Source of the DNA: a bacterium UBP15_UBA6099
GTDB lineage: Bacteria; UBP15; UBA6099
Direction: 5' to 3'
NCBI GenBank assembly: GCA_002435745.1
Contig: DIWT01000004.1
Location: 19,096 to 83,095, forward strand
DNA: 64,000 bases
Position numbers and translations under genes: made by a program
Part shown: piece after piece, positions 1 through 8,931 of the stretch
How positions within the stretch are numbered: position 1 is the stretch's first letter
Layout: each line of letters begins with the position of its first letter
Notes under the pieces: generated by a model
The model's input: the letters and a program-made list of their open reading frames with translations, nothing else
The model's database searches: none
Told to the model about the DNA's origin: nothing

Positions 1-90
1 TCTGAGCTATATAACGAAGATCGAAATAACGGCTCCGAGAAGAATATATAAAGGTTGCCCCTGATTTTGAACCCGAATCCGTCATTTCAT

Positions 91-115
91 CGTTACCAAG
101 GCCCCCTTGGTAACG
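91..115. repeat. Perfect hairpin/palindrome cgttaccaagg-ccc-ccttggtaacg (11-bp arms). First of two near-identical copies.
   Basis: Read directly. The same arms recur at 244-268 with loop 'gga'. No ORF covers it. Confidence 0.6.
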
Positions 116-243
116 CGATAACTGAAAGCTCCGCTTTCACCACTTTTCTTTCCAGTTCATTTTCTCAGGGTTCCCGACGTCCAGTCGTTATAATGATACG
201 CGCATGAGCGATAAAATACGGAAGCAGAGCTTCCTGAACTTTC

Positions 244-268
244 CGTTACCAAGGGGACCTTGGTAACG
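244..268. repeat. Second copy of the 11-bp-arm palindrome cgttaccaagg-gga-ccttggtaacg
   Basis: Read directly. Lies about 150 bp from the first copy, just downstream of a TATAAT-like hexamer (~200). Confidence 0.6.
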
Positions 269-366
269 ATGAAAGAAATGCCTTTATTTCCATTGACAGC
301 TTATTCAGGTTTATCGGATTTCTTTTAATGTTTGAAGGCGGTTTTGTATGACTTTTCAAAAAGGGG

Positions 367-708
367 TCAGATGTATTTCGATATTTTCTGTTTCAGTTCT
401 GTAAAGTCCGATTTTTTGACTACGTATTCTTCTGCGGCCCAAGACTGGAAGTCCTGTTTGAAGGTGTGATAGGCGGTGAGGAGGATGACGGGGAGGTCTT
501 TCTTTTTCTGCTTGATGGCGCTGAGGACGGCAAGGCCGTCGATTTCCGGCATTTTGATGTCGAGCAGGACGATGTTGACGCCGTAAGACATCTCTTCGAG
601 GGTGTCTAGGGCTTCGCGCCCGCCCTCGCACACGATTACCTGATGTCCGTCGTCCTCAAGCTCAAGCTTGAGCAGGTCCCGTATCTGCGGCTTGTCGTCC
701 ACAATCAT
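367..708 (-). CDS. Single-domain response regulator (CheY-like receiver)
   Basis: MIVDDKPQIRDLL...LLDIKMPEIDGL...LPVILLTAY is the receiver-domain signature: an acidic pocket DD, the phospho-acceptor D in LLDIKMP, and a conserved T/K region. I chose the MIVDD start at 708. The longer ORF up to 795 is less likely. Confidence 0.75.
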   Translation of the reverse strand: MIVDDKPQIRDLLKLELEDDGHQVIVCEGGREALDTLEEMSYGVNIVLLDIKMPEIDGLAVLSAIKQKKKDLPVILLTAYHTFKQDFQSWAAEEYVVKKSDFTELKQKISKYI

Positions 709-791
709 TATTTTTTTCACGGCAATCACCGCATATATTATACCCCGAAAACGCTTCAGAGCGCGACCGGACTCGAAAAAAACCGCCGCCG

Positions 792-1034
792 TCACACGCA
801 GTAGCCGTTTGCCCCGTTCTCCGCGGCGGTGATGTCGTGAAGTATTTTTATGGTTTTTTCCTGAAGCCGGTAGAAATCTCCCGCGCTGAGTTTTTCGACT
901 TTACGCTCCATCCCCGGCGCGGTGACTTCGGCGACGAACGCCGCGATCGCTTTTATCTGCTCCGGCTTCAGTTTATTTTCGTCTTCCAACTGATTAAGGT
1001 GCCTGATGATGCTGGACAGAAGTTTTTCGGTCAT
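792..1034 (-). CDS. Small hypothetical protein (~80 aa)
   Basis: ORF whose internal start MTEKLL is preceded by GGAGGATA, a strong Shine-Dalgarno sequence. I recognise no family. Confidence 0.4.
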   Translation of the reverse strand: MTEKLLSSIIRHLNQLEDENKLKPEQIKAIAAFVAEVTAPGMERKVEKLSAGDFYRLQEKTIKILHDITAAENGANGYCV

Positions 1035-1086
1035 GAGAGATATCCTCCGATATCGGGAATGTTCGGGCGATTGCGGGAGAAGGCGG

Positions 1087-1506
1087 TCAGGGTGTTTCCC
1101 GGCCCCTCGCGCGGTCAATTTCTTCAATCAACCTGCGCCTGCTTTCATCTCCCGATTTCGCGTCGCCGAGCATCCGAAGCCCTTTGGCGACTTCATCCAG
1201 AGTCCGTTGCCTTTTCCTGTTCAGTTCCCTGTATGTTTCGACCAGTTTTCGTTCGGTGGCCGAGGCGTCGAACGGCGGGCGGGACGGCTTGGCTTTCCTG
1301 TTCACCGCCATCTCGCAAAGTTCCTCCATGCCGATGTTGTATATCTGGGAAAAAAGGTAGGCCGCTTTGAGAGACAGGCCCCGCTCGTCCCGCTCGATGC
1401 GAGACAGGGTGGTTTTGTCGAGAACCCCGCCGGACGCGGCCACCACTTCTCTTATGGACAGTCCCTGATTTTCTCTCAGCTTCCTCAATGTCGCTCCTAT
1501 CGCCAT
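1087..1506 (-). CDS. XRE-family helix-turn-helix transcriptional regulator
   Basis: The N-terminus LRKLRENQGLSIREVVAASGGVLDKTTLSRIERDERGLSLKAAYLFSQIY has the classic Cro/C1-type HTH pattern. A GGAGAGGAG RBS lies upstream. Confidence 0.75.
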   Translation of the reverse strand: MAIGATLRKLRENQGLSIREVVAASGGVLDKTTLSRIERDERGLSLKAAYLFSQIYNIGMEELCEMAVNRKAKPSRPPFDASATERKLVETYRELNRKRQRTLDEVAKGLRMLGDAKSGDESRRRLIEEIDRARGRETP

Positions 1507-1830
1507 GTGTCTTCTCCTCTCCGCCCGGCGGATAAGCCGCCGTTTTTATCCCGGTTATTTGTCCCATTTTAGACCTTGTCACTGAACAGTGTTGTTAAGC
1601 GGCATCAAAGAAAAACAAACCTTAAAAATCGACAGAAGAGGTTTTTGCCTTTTCCCAAACATTTCGCATCTTTTGTTCGGTCAATGTTGAGAATACGCGG
1701 CGTTGTCGGCGAATTTTTACGAAGCCGTATTTCTTATCGACGAAGCCGGATTTATTCTTAAATAAAAATCTTTAATGAAAAGCGGATTCATAAGTTGTGT
1801 GAGCTAAGACTCGGCAATTTTTAGGCGAGG

Positions 1831-2655
1831 TTACTCGAACTGTCGAAACAGCCACGGGTTGATGTGTCCGAGCGCTGGCATTCGGGAGCGGATGGAGTCC
1901 TGAAAATCATAATCTATCTCCGCAATGATGACGCATTCGCGGTCGGCGGCGCGGGCTATTACCACGCCCCACGGATCCGCCACTAGGCTCCTGCCGTAGG
2001 TGTTGCGCTTGGGCGTGTTTTTTCCGAACTGTCCGGGAGCGACCACGTATGCGTAGTTCTCGATGGCGCGGGCGCGCAGGAGAGTTTCCCAGTGGTCTTT
2101 GCCGGTGAGCAGGGTGAAGGCCGCCGGAACGAACAACACTCGCGCCCCCTTTCGGGCCAGCAGCCGATATAACTCCGGAAACCTCAAATCGTAACAGACT
2201 GAAAGCCCGATGGGGCCGCAGGGTGTCTGCGCCACCACTGCTTCAGCTCCCGGATTTATATGTTTTGATTCATTATAAGACGCTCCGTCGCCGACCTCGA
2301 CGTCGAAGAGGTGAATCTTCCTGTACTTTGCGATGAATTCCCCGTCCGGGCCGATGACCGGGCAGCAGTTGTGAAGCCTGCCGTCCGGGGCCGCTTCCGG
2401 GACGGTTCCCGCGACCATAGTGACGCGCCGGGCGCGGCAGAAGGCTCGCAGGTCTTCCGCCGGGCCGTCTTCAAACAATGAAGGATCGGCGGGCGGTTCG
2501 CCGTCGTCTCTTATCAACAGCCAGTTCTCAGGCAGCGCGATAAGCGAAGCCCCTCTGTCCGCAGCCTCCGCCGCCAGTTCGAGGGCGCGCGCCGCGTTTC
2601 TTGCGGCGTCTCCGCCTGATGTCATTTGTATAGCCGCTACTGTGAACTTCCTCAT
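1831..2655 (-). CDS. Carbon-nitrogen hydrolase (nitrilase/amidase superfamily)
   Basis: MRKFTVAAIQM... with LIALPENW (catalytic Glu), a K-containing block, and LSVCYDLRFPELYR (catalytic Cys within CYD). This is the E-K-C triad layout of CN hydrolases. Confidence 0.8.
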   Translation of the reverse strand: MRKFTVAAIQMTSGGDAARNAARALELAAEAADRGASLIALPENWLLIRDDGEPPADPSLFEDGPAEDLRAFCRARRVTMVAGTVPEAAPDGRLHNCCPVIGPDGEFIAKYRKIHLFDVEVGDGASYNESKHINPGAEAVVAQTPCGPIGLSVCYDLRFPELYRLLARKGARVLFVPAAFTLLTGKDHWETLLRARAIENYAYVVAPGQFGKNTPKRNTYGRSLVADPWGVVIARAADRECVIIAEIDYDFQDSIRSRMPALGHINPWLFRQFE

Positions 2656-2864
2656 TCCTCAGAACCTTTCTCCGCAGTATGAGAGCGCGGAACGCGTCGA
2701 GGCGGAGACCGTAGAGATCGAATCATTAGAGCCGATTCTGTCGCGCCTATATGAATATCTTAATTTAACATCATTTAAAAGCCAACCGCCGCCGGGTTGG
2801 CGGGAGCGAACAGCGCAGAAAAACGCCAAAAGTGACAAAAAAAGAAACATTTTTCAATCGCCAC

Positions 2865-2892
2865 TAAAGCAAAACGCCGGGACAGCCGATGA
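2865..2892 (+). promoter_or_regulatory. Sigma-28 (FliA/SigD)-type promoter for flagellin copy 1
   Basis: TAAA-N16-GCCGATGA, compared with the consensus TAAA-N15-GCCGATAA/T, sits about 55 bp upstream of the start. Confidence 0.55.
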
Positions 2893-2945
2893 TATAACAC
2901 GGGTCACGGACGACCCGATGCGTTTCTTACAAGGAGGAAACCACA

Positions 2946-3773
2946 ATGTCTGTCGTAAACACCAACATTTCCGGTCTGATAGGACTGAACAATCTGAGGC
3001 TGACAAACCTCGGATTGCAGACGTCGCTTGAAAGGCTGTCGTCGGGGCTGAGAATCAATCACGCCTCGGACGACCCCAGCGGTCTTGCCATCGCCAAGGG
3101 GATGGAAGCGCAGATAGGCGGCATCCGCACCGCCGTGCAGAACGCCGAGGACGGGATCAACCTGATCCGCACCGCCGACGGCTCTCTGAGCGAGACGCAC
3201 GACATCCTGCTTAGGATGCGAGACCTCGCGGTGCGCGCGGCCAACGAAGCCACGCTCACTCCCGCGGATCTCAACAGGCTTCACAACGAGTTTGTAAGCC
3301 TGATCGCGGAGATCGACCGCAAGTCGGATGCCGTCACTTTCAACACGAAAGTTCTGTTCGACGGCACTTTCGCAGGAGGAGAGGTGCTTCAGGTCGGCCC
3401 GGACAACGGCGCTACTTTCCAACTAACCGTGTCCATTCCTGACCTTGATTCAACAGGGCTGGGGATCAACGCCGCGTCGCTGTCGCAGGTGGCAAACGCC
3501 CAAGCCGCCATCGACTCTGTCAACAGCGCCATCAACCAGATATCCGACGTGCGCGCGAACCTCGGCATACAGGAACGCCGCCTCGGCCACATCATCGACG
3601 ACCTGAAAGCGGCCGATATAAACATCTCCGCCGCCAAGAGCCGCATCTACGACGCGGACATGGCAGTCGAGATAAGCGAGTTCACCCGCCTGCAGATACT
3701 CCAGCAGAGCGGCACGGCGATACTCGCTCAGGCCAATGCGCAGCCTCAGAGCGTGCTGCAACTTCTGAAATAA
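2946..3773 (+). CDS. fliC: Flagellin, short form (275 aa), copy 1
   Basis: The conserved flagellin N-terminal segment (LERLSSGLRINHASDDPSGLAIAKGMEAQIGG...QNAEDGINLIRTADGSL) and C-terminal segment (ANLGIQERRLGH...RIYDADMAVEISEFTRLQILQQSGTAILAQANAQPQSVLQLL) are both present. The RBS is AAGGAGGAAA. Confidence 0.9.
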   Translation: MSVVNTNISGLIGLNNLRLTNLGLQTSLERLSSGLRINHASDDPSGLAIAKGMEAQIGGIRTAVQNAEDGINLIRTADGSLSETHDILLRMRDLAVRAANEATLTPADLNRLHNEFVSLIAEIDRKSDAVTFNTKVLFDGTFAGGEVLQVGPDNGATFQLTVSIPDLDSTGLGINAASLSQVANAQAAIDSVNSAINQISDVRANLGIQERRLGHIIDDLKAADINISAAKSRIYDADMAVEISEFTRLQILQQSGTAILAQANAQPQSVLQLLK

Positions 3774-3803
3774 AGATATAAGCATCTAATCGGAATTAAC
3801 TTC

Positions 3804-3838
3804 AAGCGCCTCCTTCGCAGGGGGCGCTTTTTTCTTTT
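3804..3838 (+). terminator. Rho-independent terminator after flagellin 1
   Basis: A GC-rich hairpin, AAGCGCCTCC...GGGGGCGCTT, is followed by TTTTTTCTTTTT. Confidence 0.7.
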
Positions 3839-3901
3839 TACGCGCGCGGCAGGCCGGACGCGCATCTCTTTTTTGATCGATTGTTTATTTTGTCGCTTCG
3901 C

Positions 3902-3928
3902 TAAAGGCAGTGGCGATTTTGTCGATAT
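3902..3928 (+). promoter_or_regulatory. Sigma-28-type promoter for flagellin copy 2
   Basis: TAAA-N15-GTCGATAT has one mismatch to the SigD consensus TAAA-N15-GCCGATAT. Confidence 0.6.
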
Positions 3929-3985
3929 ATAAAATGTTCGAAATGTCGATAATGGATTATCGGCGGAAAACATGGAGGTGTAATT

Positions 3986-4813
3986 ATGTCGGTAGTAAAC
4001 ACAAACATTTCCGGTCTGATAGGGCTGAACAACCTGAGGCTGACCAACCTCGGGTTGCAGACATCTTTGGAGAGGCTTTCGTCCGGGCTGAGGATAAATC
4101 ACGCGTCGGACGACCCCAGCGGACTTGCTATAGCAAAGGGCATGGAGGCGCAGATCGGCGGCATCCGCACCGCCGTGCAGAACGCCGAGGACGGGATTAA
4201 CCTGATCCGAACGGCAGACGGCTCGCTCAGCGAAACGCAGGACATCCTTTTCAGGATGCGCGACCTCGCGGTGCGAGCGGCAAACGAGGCCACGCTCACT
4301 TCGGCGGACCTGACGAGGCTCAACAACGAGTTCAACAGCCTCATGGACGAAATTGATCGCAAGTCGGACGCCGTTACGTTTAACACCAAGGGGCTGTTCG
4401 ACGGCACTTTCGCAGCAGGACAGGTCCTTCAGGTCGGCCCTGACAACGGAGCCACTTTCCAGTTGACTGTGTCCATCCCCGATCTCGACGCCGCCGGACT
4501 CGGAATCAATACGGCTTCTGTGGGAGTGGTGGCAAACGCTCAGTCGGCGATCGACTACATAAACAGCGCGATCAATCAAGTGTCCGACGTGCGCGCCAAT
4601 CTAGGCATTCAGGAACGCCGCCTCGGCCACATCATCGACGACCTGAAAGCCGCAGACATCAACATCTCCGCCGCCAAGAGCCGCATCTACGACGCGGACA
4701 TGGCAGTCGAGATAAGCGAGTTCACCCGCCTGCAGATACTGCAGCAGAGCGGCACGGCGATACTCGCTCAGGCAAACGCTCAGCCGCAGAGCGTGTTGCA
4801 ACTGCTTCAGTAG
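3986..4813 (+). CDS. fliC: Flagellin, short form (275 aa), copy 2
   Basis: The N- and C-terminal blocks are the same as copy 1, while the central ~100 residues diverge. Confidence 0.9.
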   Translation: MSVVNTNISGLIGLNNLRLTNLGLQTSLERLSSGLRINHASDDPSGLAIAKGMEAQIGGIRTAVQNAEDGINLIRTADGSLSETQDILFRMRDLAVRAANEATLTSADLTRLNNEFNSLMDEIDRKSDAVTFNTKGLFDGTFAAGQVLQVGPDNGATFQLTVSIPDLDAAGLGINTASVGVVANAQSAIDYINSAINQVSDVRANLGIQERRLGHIIDDLKAADINISAAKSRIYDADMAVEISEFTRLQILQQSGTAILAQANAQPQSVLQLLQ

Positions 4814-4844
4814 CGCCGCCTTTCAATAAAAAGATATTTATTAA

Positions 4845-4880
4845 GCGCCTCCTTTTAAGGGGGCGCTTTTTTGCTTTTTT
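4845..4880 (+). terminator. Rho-independent terminator after flagellin 2
   Basis: Hairpin AAGCGCCTCC-TTTTAA-GGGGGGCGCTT is followed by a T-run. Confidence 0.7.
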
Positions 4881-4947
4881 CAAGGTTTTCTATCCGAGTC
4901 GGCGAGAAACGCGGGATGGCAGCGGCTCCTGATTTTTTCGCCGCGTA

Positions 4948-4974
4948 TAAAGTTATTTTTTTTTATGTCGATAA
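4948..4974 (+). promoter_or_regulatory. Sigma-28-type promoter for flagellin copy 3
   Basis: TAAAGTT-N-GTCGATAA with a 15-nt spacer. Confidence 0.6.
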
Positions 4975-5029
4975 AAAACATATAAAAGTCGATCACGGAT
5001 GATCGACTCTACAACATGGAGGTGTAATT

Positions 5030-5857
5030 ATGTCGGTAGTAAACACAAACATTTCCGGTCTGATAGGACTGAACAATCTGAGGCTGACGAACCTCGGATT
5101 GCAGACGTCGCTTGAAAGGCTGTCGTCGGGGCTGAGAATCAATCACGCCTCAGACGACCCCAGCGGACTTGCCATCGCCAAAGGGATGGAGGCGCAGATC
5201 GGCGGCATCCGCACAGCAGTGCAGAACGCCGAGGACGGGATCAACCTGATCCGCACCGCCGACGGCTCTCTGAGCGAGACGCACGACATCCTGATGAGGA
5301 TGCGAGACCTCGCGGTGCGCGCGGCTAACGAGGCAACGCTCACATCCGCCGACCTGACGAGGCTCAACAACGAGTTCAACAGCCTCATGGCCGAGATCGA
5401 CCGCAAGTCGGACGCCGTCACGTTCAACACGAAAGTTCTGTTTGACGGCACGTTTTCCGCCGGACAGGTGCTTCAGATCGGTCCGGACAACGGAGCCACT
5501 TTCCAGTTGACCGTGCAGATTAACGACCTCGATTCCACAGGTCTCGGAATCAACACGGCTTCAGTGGGAGTGGTCGCAAACGCCCAGTCGGCGATCGACT
5601 ACATCAACAGCGCCATCAACCAGATATCCGACGTGCGCGCGAACCTCGGCATACAGGAACGCCGCCTCGGCCACATCATCGACGACCTGAAAGCGGCCGA
5701 TATAAACATCTCCGCCGCCAAGAGCCGCATCTACGACGCGGACATGGCAGTCGAGATAAGCGAGTTCACCCGCCTGCAGATACTCCAGCAGAGCGGCACG
5801 GCGATACTCGCTCAGGCAAACGCTCAGCCGCAGAGCGTGCTCCAGCTTCTTAAGTAA
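5030..5857 (+). CDS. fliC: Flagellin, short form (275 aa), copy 3
   Basis: Same conserved termini. The central region is closest to copy 2. Confidence 0.9.
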   Translation: MSVVNTNISGLIGLNNLRLTNLGLQTSLERLSSGLRINHASDDPSGLAIAKGMEAQIGGIRTAVQNAEDGINLIRTADGSLSETHDILMRMRDLAVRAANEATLTSADLTRLNNEFNSLMAEIDRKSDAVTFNTKVLFDGTFSAGQVLQIGPDNGATFQLTVQINDLDSTGLGINTASVGVVANAQSAIDYINSAINQISDVRANLGIQERRLGHIIDDLKAADINISAAKSRIYDADMAVEISEFTRLQILQQSGTAILAQANAQPQSVLQLLK

Positions 5858-5883
5858 CATCTCGCAAGACCTGAAATCCTGAC

Positions 5884-5922
5884 AAAAAAAAGAAACCCGC
5901 CACGGCGGGTTTCTTTTTTTAT
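5884..5922. terminator. Bidirectional rho-independent terminator between flagellin 3 (+) and the B12-rSAM gene (-)
   Basis: AAAAAAAAGAAACCCGCC-ACGG-CGGGTTTCTTTTTTT: an A-run, a perfect stem, and a T-run. Confidence 0.75.
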
Positions 5923-5942
5923 GCTATGGATATTTCTCGCGG

Positions 5943-7898
5943 TTATCTTTCGTTCACTGCGAATTGAAGCCCTTTGAGACGTTTGCGGAGCGCCGCCATC
6001 TGGCGCGCGTGCGCCTCCGAACAGTTTATCTTTATGTCCGCGCCTTTGCGGGAAAGAGATTCGAGCATCCTGCCGAATGCCTCAGAATCCAGACGCGCCA
6101 AAGGCGCAAGGTTTATGTGAACAGCCTTGACGGCTATCTTCTTTTCGTTGAGCGTGTTAATCAGTCTGCGCATGGTTTTCTCTTTTACAGAGCCGCGAAG
6201 GTAAACCGAAAGCTCCGCCTCTCCGCCTCTGTTTTCGAGGAAAGCCCATGCTTTGCGGAGTTTAAGGAGGGCAGTGGCGCGGGCGGCGGAACACGCGGCG
6301 GCGGCGACCTCAGCCGGCTCCATCCTGAACCGGGTGACTATCGCTCGCGGGTTGTGGGGATGGAACTCCCTCTCGTATCTCATCCGCGCCGCGCTCGCCA
6401 TGAGCCAGACCGCCGAGTTGGCTATGAAATGCGCCGGGTTTCGCGCCCCGAACTTTTCGGCGAACATCGCCTCTATGCGTTCAGCTTTCTCTTTCATCTG
6501 TTTTTCCGGGGCGAGCCATTTAAGGGCGGTCAGCGCGTGACGGTATGCTTTGCATCTGCGAACGGCGGTTTCATATCTCGCCGCCATCATCGGGTCTCCG
6601 CTCTTGTAATGAGGGGAATTCAGCCCCTGAATCATGGCCTCGCCGACCCTGAGTATGGACGGGCCAAGCTCGCGGAACTCGCGGGCGAACGCTTCTTTAG
6701 TCGTCACCGCGCTTTCCTCCCGCGTGAAGTGCGGGTGCTTGAACCACAGCATGTGTTGCCCGTGCCATTCCTCATACGGCACGTCGTCCAGCAGTAGCCC
6801 TTGCTCCTTGTATTCGAGGTAGAGTCTAGTCTGCGGCAGGGGGCCGAGCTGCATGAACTGCGTGAAGTCCGGCTTCAGGCTTATCGCGAAATCGATGTCC
6901 TCGTTGATGCTCTCTTTGTCGTGATGTTCAAGGAAAAGGATGGACGATGCCAGCACGAATATCCCGTTCGCGCGGAGTTCGGCGATGAGCGCCTGAACGT
7001 CGATTCCTTTGGTTTTCTCGAACAGGTTCCGCTTGGACTCGACGCCTATCCACACGTAGTTGACGCCCAGCGCCATCATGTTGTCCACGCCGAACGCCGT
7101 TATCGCCTCTGCGGACGAGAAAACGCTGAAGTTGAACGGCCGGTTGTGCTCGCGCATGAGCGCCAGCAGTTCCATCGCTCTGTCTTTGTGAAGGAGAAAG
7201 TTCTCGTCCATCACGAAGAAGTCGTTTGTCTTAAGCTCGTCCGCGAGCCGCACGCACACGTCGAATATGTCTTTGCCCGTTTTCAGGAACGGGGTGTATT
7301 CCTTGTCGTAGAAGTGGGACGTGCAGCAGAACCGGCAGGCGTTCGGGCAGCCAACGCCGGGCACTAGCACCGCGCCCTGTTGCGTGAACGGAAGCCCGAG
7401 AATCCTTTTGTGGTCCGCGGCGGGCATCGCCGGGTGCTTTATCGGCGCGTTCATGTCCTCTCCCAGCAGATTCCTCAGCTTGCTGATTCCCTCTCCGGGC
7501 AGAACATGGTCGCAGTCGATCAAAGTCTCGATGTCGGGGATTCTCGAACCGTGGCCTCCGAGGATTATTTTCGTCTGCGGCGAAACCTCTCTGATTATCT
7601 CCGCCATCCTTCGCGCTTTCACGAAGTTCGGGGCGATGAAGGAAATGCCCACGTAGTCGTAGCCTTTGGCAAGCTCCTTGCGAAACTGTTTTATCGATGG
7701 GAAGTCGAGCACAGTGGTGGGAGTGGACAGGTTCTCCGCGATGAAATAGAGGCCGAAACTCCTGTGATTGTATCTGAGCGAGAAAATGCCTTGCTCGCGG
7801 GTCACCTGATTGTGGAACAGTTCGAGTTTATTTTCCTTGCGGCCATAGGCGTCGTCTACGCCGAACGGCCTGAATACCGATGTAAGCAGTAATTTCAT
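5943..7898 (-). CDS. B12-binding-domain radical SAM protein (class B, BchE-like family; function unknown)
   Basis: N-terminal Rossmann-like B12-binding region (GISFIAPNFVKARRMAEIIREVSPQTKIILGGHGS), then the radical SAM cluster motif GCPNACRFCCTSHF (CxxxCxxC). 651 aa. Confidence 0.8.
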   Translation of the reverse strand: MKLLLTSVFRPFGVDDAYGRKENKLELFHNQVTREQGIFSLRYNHRSFGLYFIAENLSTPTTVLDFPSIKQFRKELAKGYDYVGISFIAPNFVKARRMAEIIREVSPQTKIILGGHGSRIPDIETLIDCDHVLPGEGISKLRNLLGEDMNAPIKHPAMPAADHKRILGLPFTQQGAVLVPGVGCPNACRFCCTSHFYDKEYTPFLKTGKDIFDVCVRLADELKTNDFFVMDENFLLHKDRAMELLALMREHNRPFNFSVFSSAEAITAFGVDNMMALGVNYVWIGVESKRNLFEKTKGIDVQALIAELRANGIFVLASSILFLEHHDKESINEDIDFAISLKPDFTQFMQLGPLPQTRLYLEYKEQGLLLDDVPYEEWHGQHMLWFKHPHFTREESAVTTKEAFAREFRELGPSILRVGEAMIQGLNSPHYKSGDPMMAARYETAVRRCKAYRHALTALKWLAPEKQMKEKAERIEAMFAEKFGARNPAHFIANSAVWLMASAARMRYEREFHPHNPRAIVTRFRMEPAEVAAAACSAARATALLKLRKAWAFLENRGGEAELSVYLRGSVKEKTMRRLINTLNEKKIAVKAVHINLAPLARLDSEAFGRMLESLSRKGADIKINCSEAHARQMAALRKRLKGLQFAVNER

Positions 7899-8168
7899 TG
7901 TGTAACCTCATCTCCGCCGGGGACGCTGACTGCGGATGCGCGTCCGCCGAGTGTCATAATGATAGCGCCTGTGACACGAATGTCCATAGAAAAGAATAAT
8001 GGTTTATGGGCTTTGTAGCTTCTGAACAAAAAGACAATAGTGAAAATACAATTCTGCGTTATTAAGATGGGAACAACAGGAAAACAATATTTCTCACCAT
8101 TGACAATAAGTGAATTTGGCATTAATATTGGCACCTAATCTGAATCAGGCTTTTCATACCCAGCCGCG

Positions 8169-8750
8169 ATGGGGAGTGTAGTTTTGAAAAAATATTCTAA
8201 AGAAAAATATGGCAATACGTTGCTTCAAATCGAAGTGTTTATACCAAAGAGATTGACAAATCTAGGTAAGCTTGTCGAACTTCTTGAAAACATGCTTGAT
8301 TTCAGAAGAGCGAAAGAAGATCTGATTTGTCGAGCAAATGAAATATTTGAGCAGACAGAATGGGGCAATGAAGGAATAAAGAATATAAAACAGGCTAAAA
8401 ATAGAATTAAACAGATAGAAAAATGCATTCATGGATATTCTATTTATGAGGTTGACGGGGCTTTCGAGACTTCATGCGACATGAAGACCAGCAAAATAAG
8501 AAAATCGGATGTGAGGATTTGTGAAGAAAGAACAATGGTTGTTAGAATGCTTGCATACGCCGATCCAACCGAGGAGGAAAAGAAGGATAACGTTGATTTT
8601 TTCAATACGAGAAGCGTTGTCGACGCGCTTTTAGTTGCAAATGAATATTTGGCATTTAAGATCGCAAGCGATGTTGCTGAGGAGGATGAGATTTGGGTAA
8701 CAGCAAGTAAAGTATGGTCAAGTATCTGGAAAAAACATAGCGATGACTAA
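8169..8750 (+). CDS. Hypothetical protein (193 aa), first gene of the AT-rich island
   Basis: Long ORF in AT-rich DNA with Lys/Glu-rich, low-GC codon usage. I recognise no motif and the start is uncertain (ATG at 8169, no clear SD). Confidence 0.45.
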   Translation: MGSVVLKKYSKEKYGNTLLQIEVFIPKRLTNLGKLVELLENMLDFRRAKEDLICRANEIFEQTEWGNEGIKNIKQAKNRIKQIEKCIHGYSIYEVDGAFETSCDMKTSKIRKSDVRICEERTMVVRMLAYADPTEEEKKDNVDFFNTRSVVDALLVANEYLAFKIASDVAEEDEIWVTASKVWSSIWKKHSDD

Positions 8751-8848
8751 AATACTGGAGATTGGAGAGTATGACATAAATTGAATAGTGGGCGGCGCAT
8801 GGCTGATTTCACAATGGATTTAGTATCATTCGGAATAATTTAAAGACA

Positions 8849-8877
8849 TTGACAAAGAATCGATTAATGTCTTAAAT
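8849..8877 (+). promoter_or_regulatory. Candidate sigma-70 promoter (TTGACA-17-TTAAAT) overlapped by an inverted repeat AAGACATT...AATGTCTT, upstream of the precursor-peptide ORF
   Basis: Read directly. The -35 matches consensus 6/6 and the -10 matches 4/6 with a 17-bp spacer. The palindrome arms (8843-8850 and 8865-8872) bracket the spacer, suggesting an operator. Confidence 0.4.
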
Positions 8878-8931
8878 TTTAAGACAGAATAAATGTATGA
8901 AAAATGAAATATAATATAATGGGGGGCTAAA

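Noticed and set aside
837-1582. Plus-strand ORFs of 177 and 188 aa and a 129-aa minus ORF overlapping the XRE and small-protein genes
   Set aside because: Alternative-frame artefacts in GC-rich DNA. Only the minus-frame HTH ORF has a recognisable fold and a strong RBS.
2904-4579. Long antisense ORFs (172 aa, 277 aa, 111 aa and others) overlapping the flagellin genes on the minus strand
   Set aside because: They are shadow ORFs, as expected opposite GC-rich genes with strong codon bias. The plus-strand frames carry unmistakable flagellin motifs.
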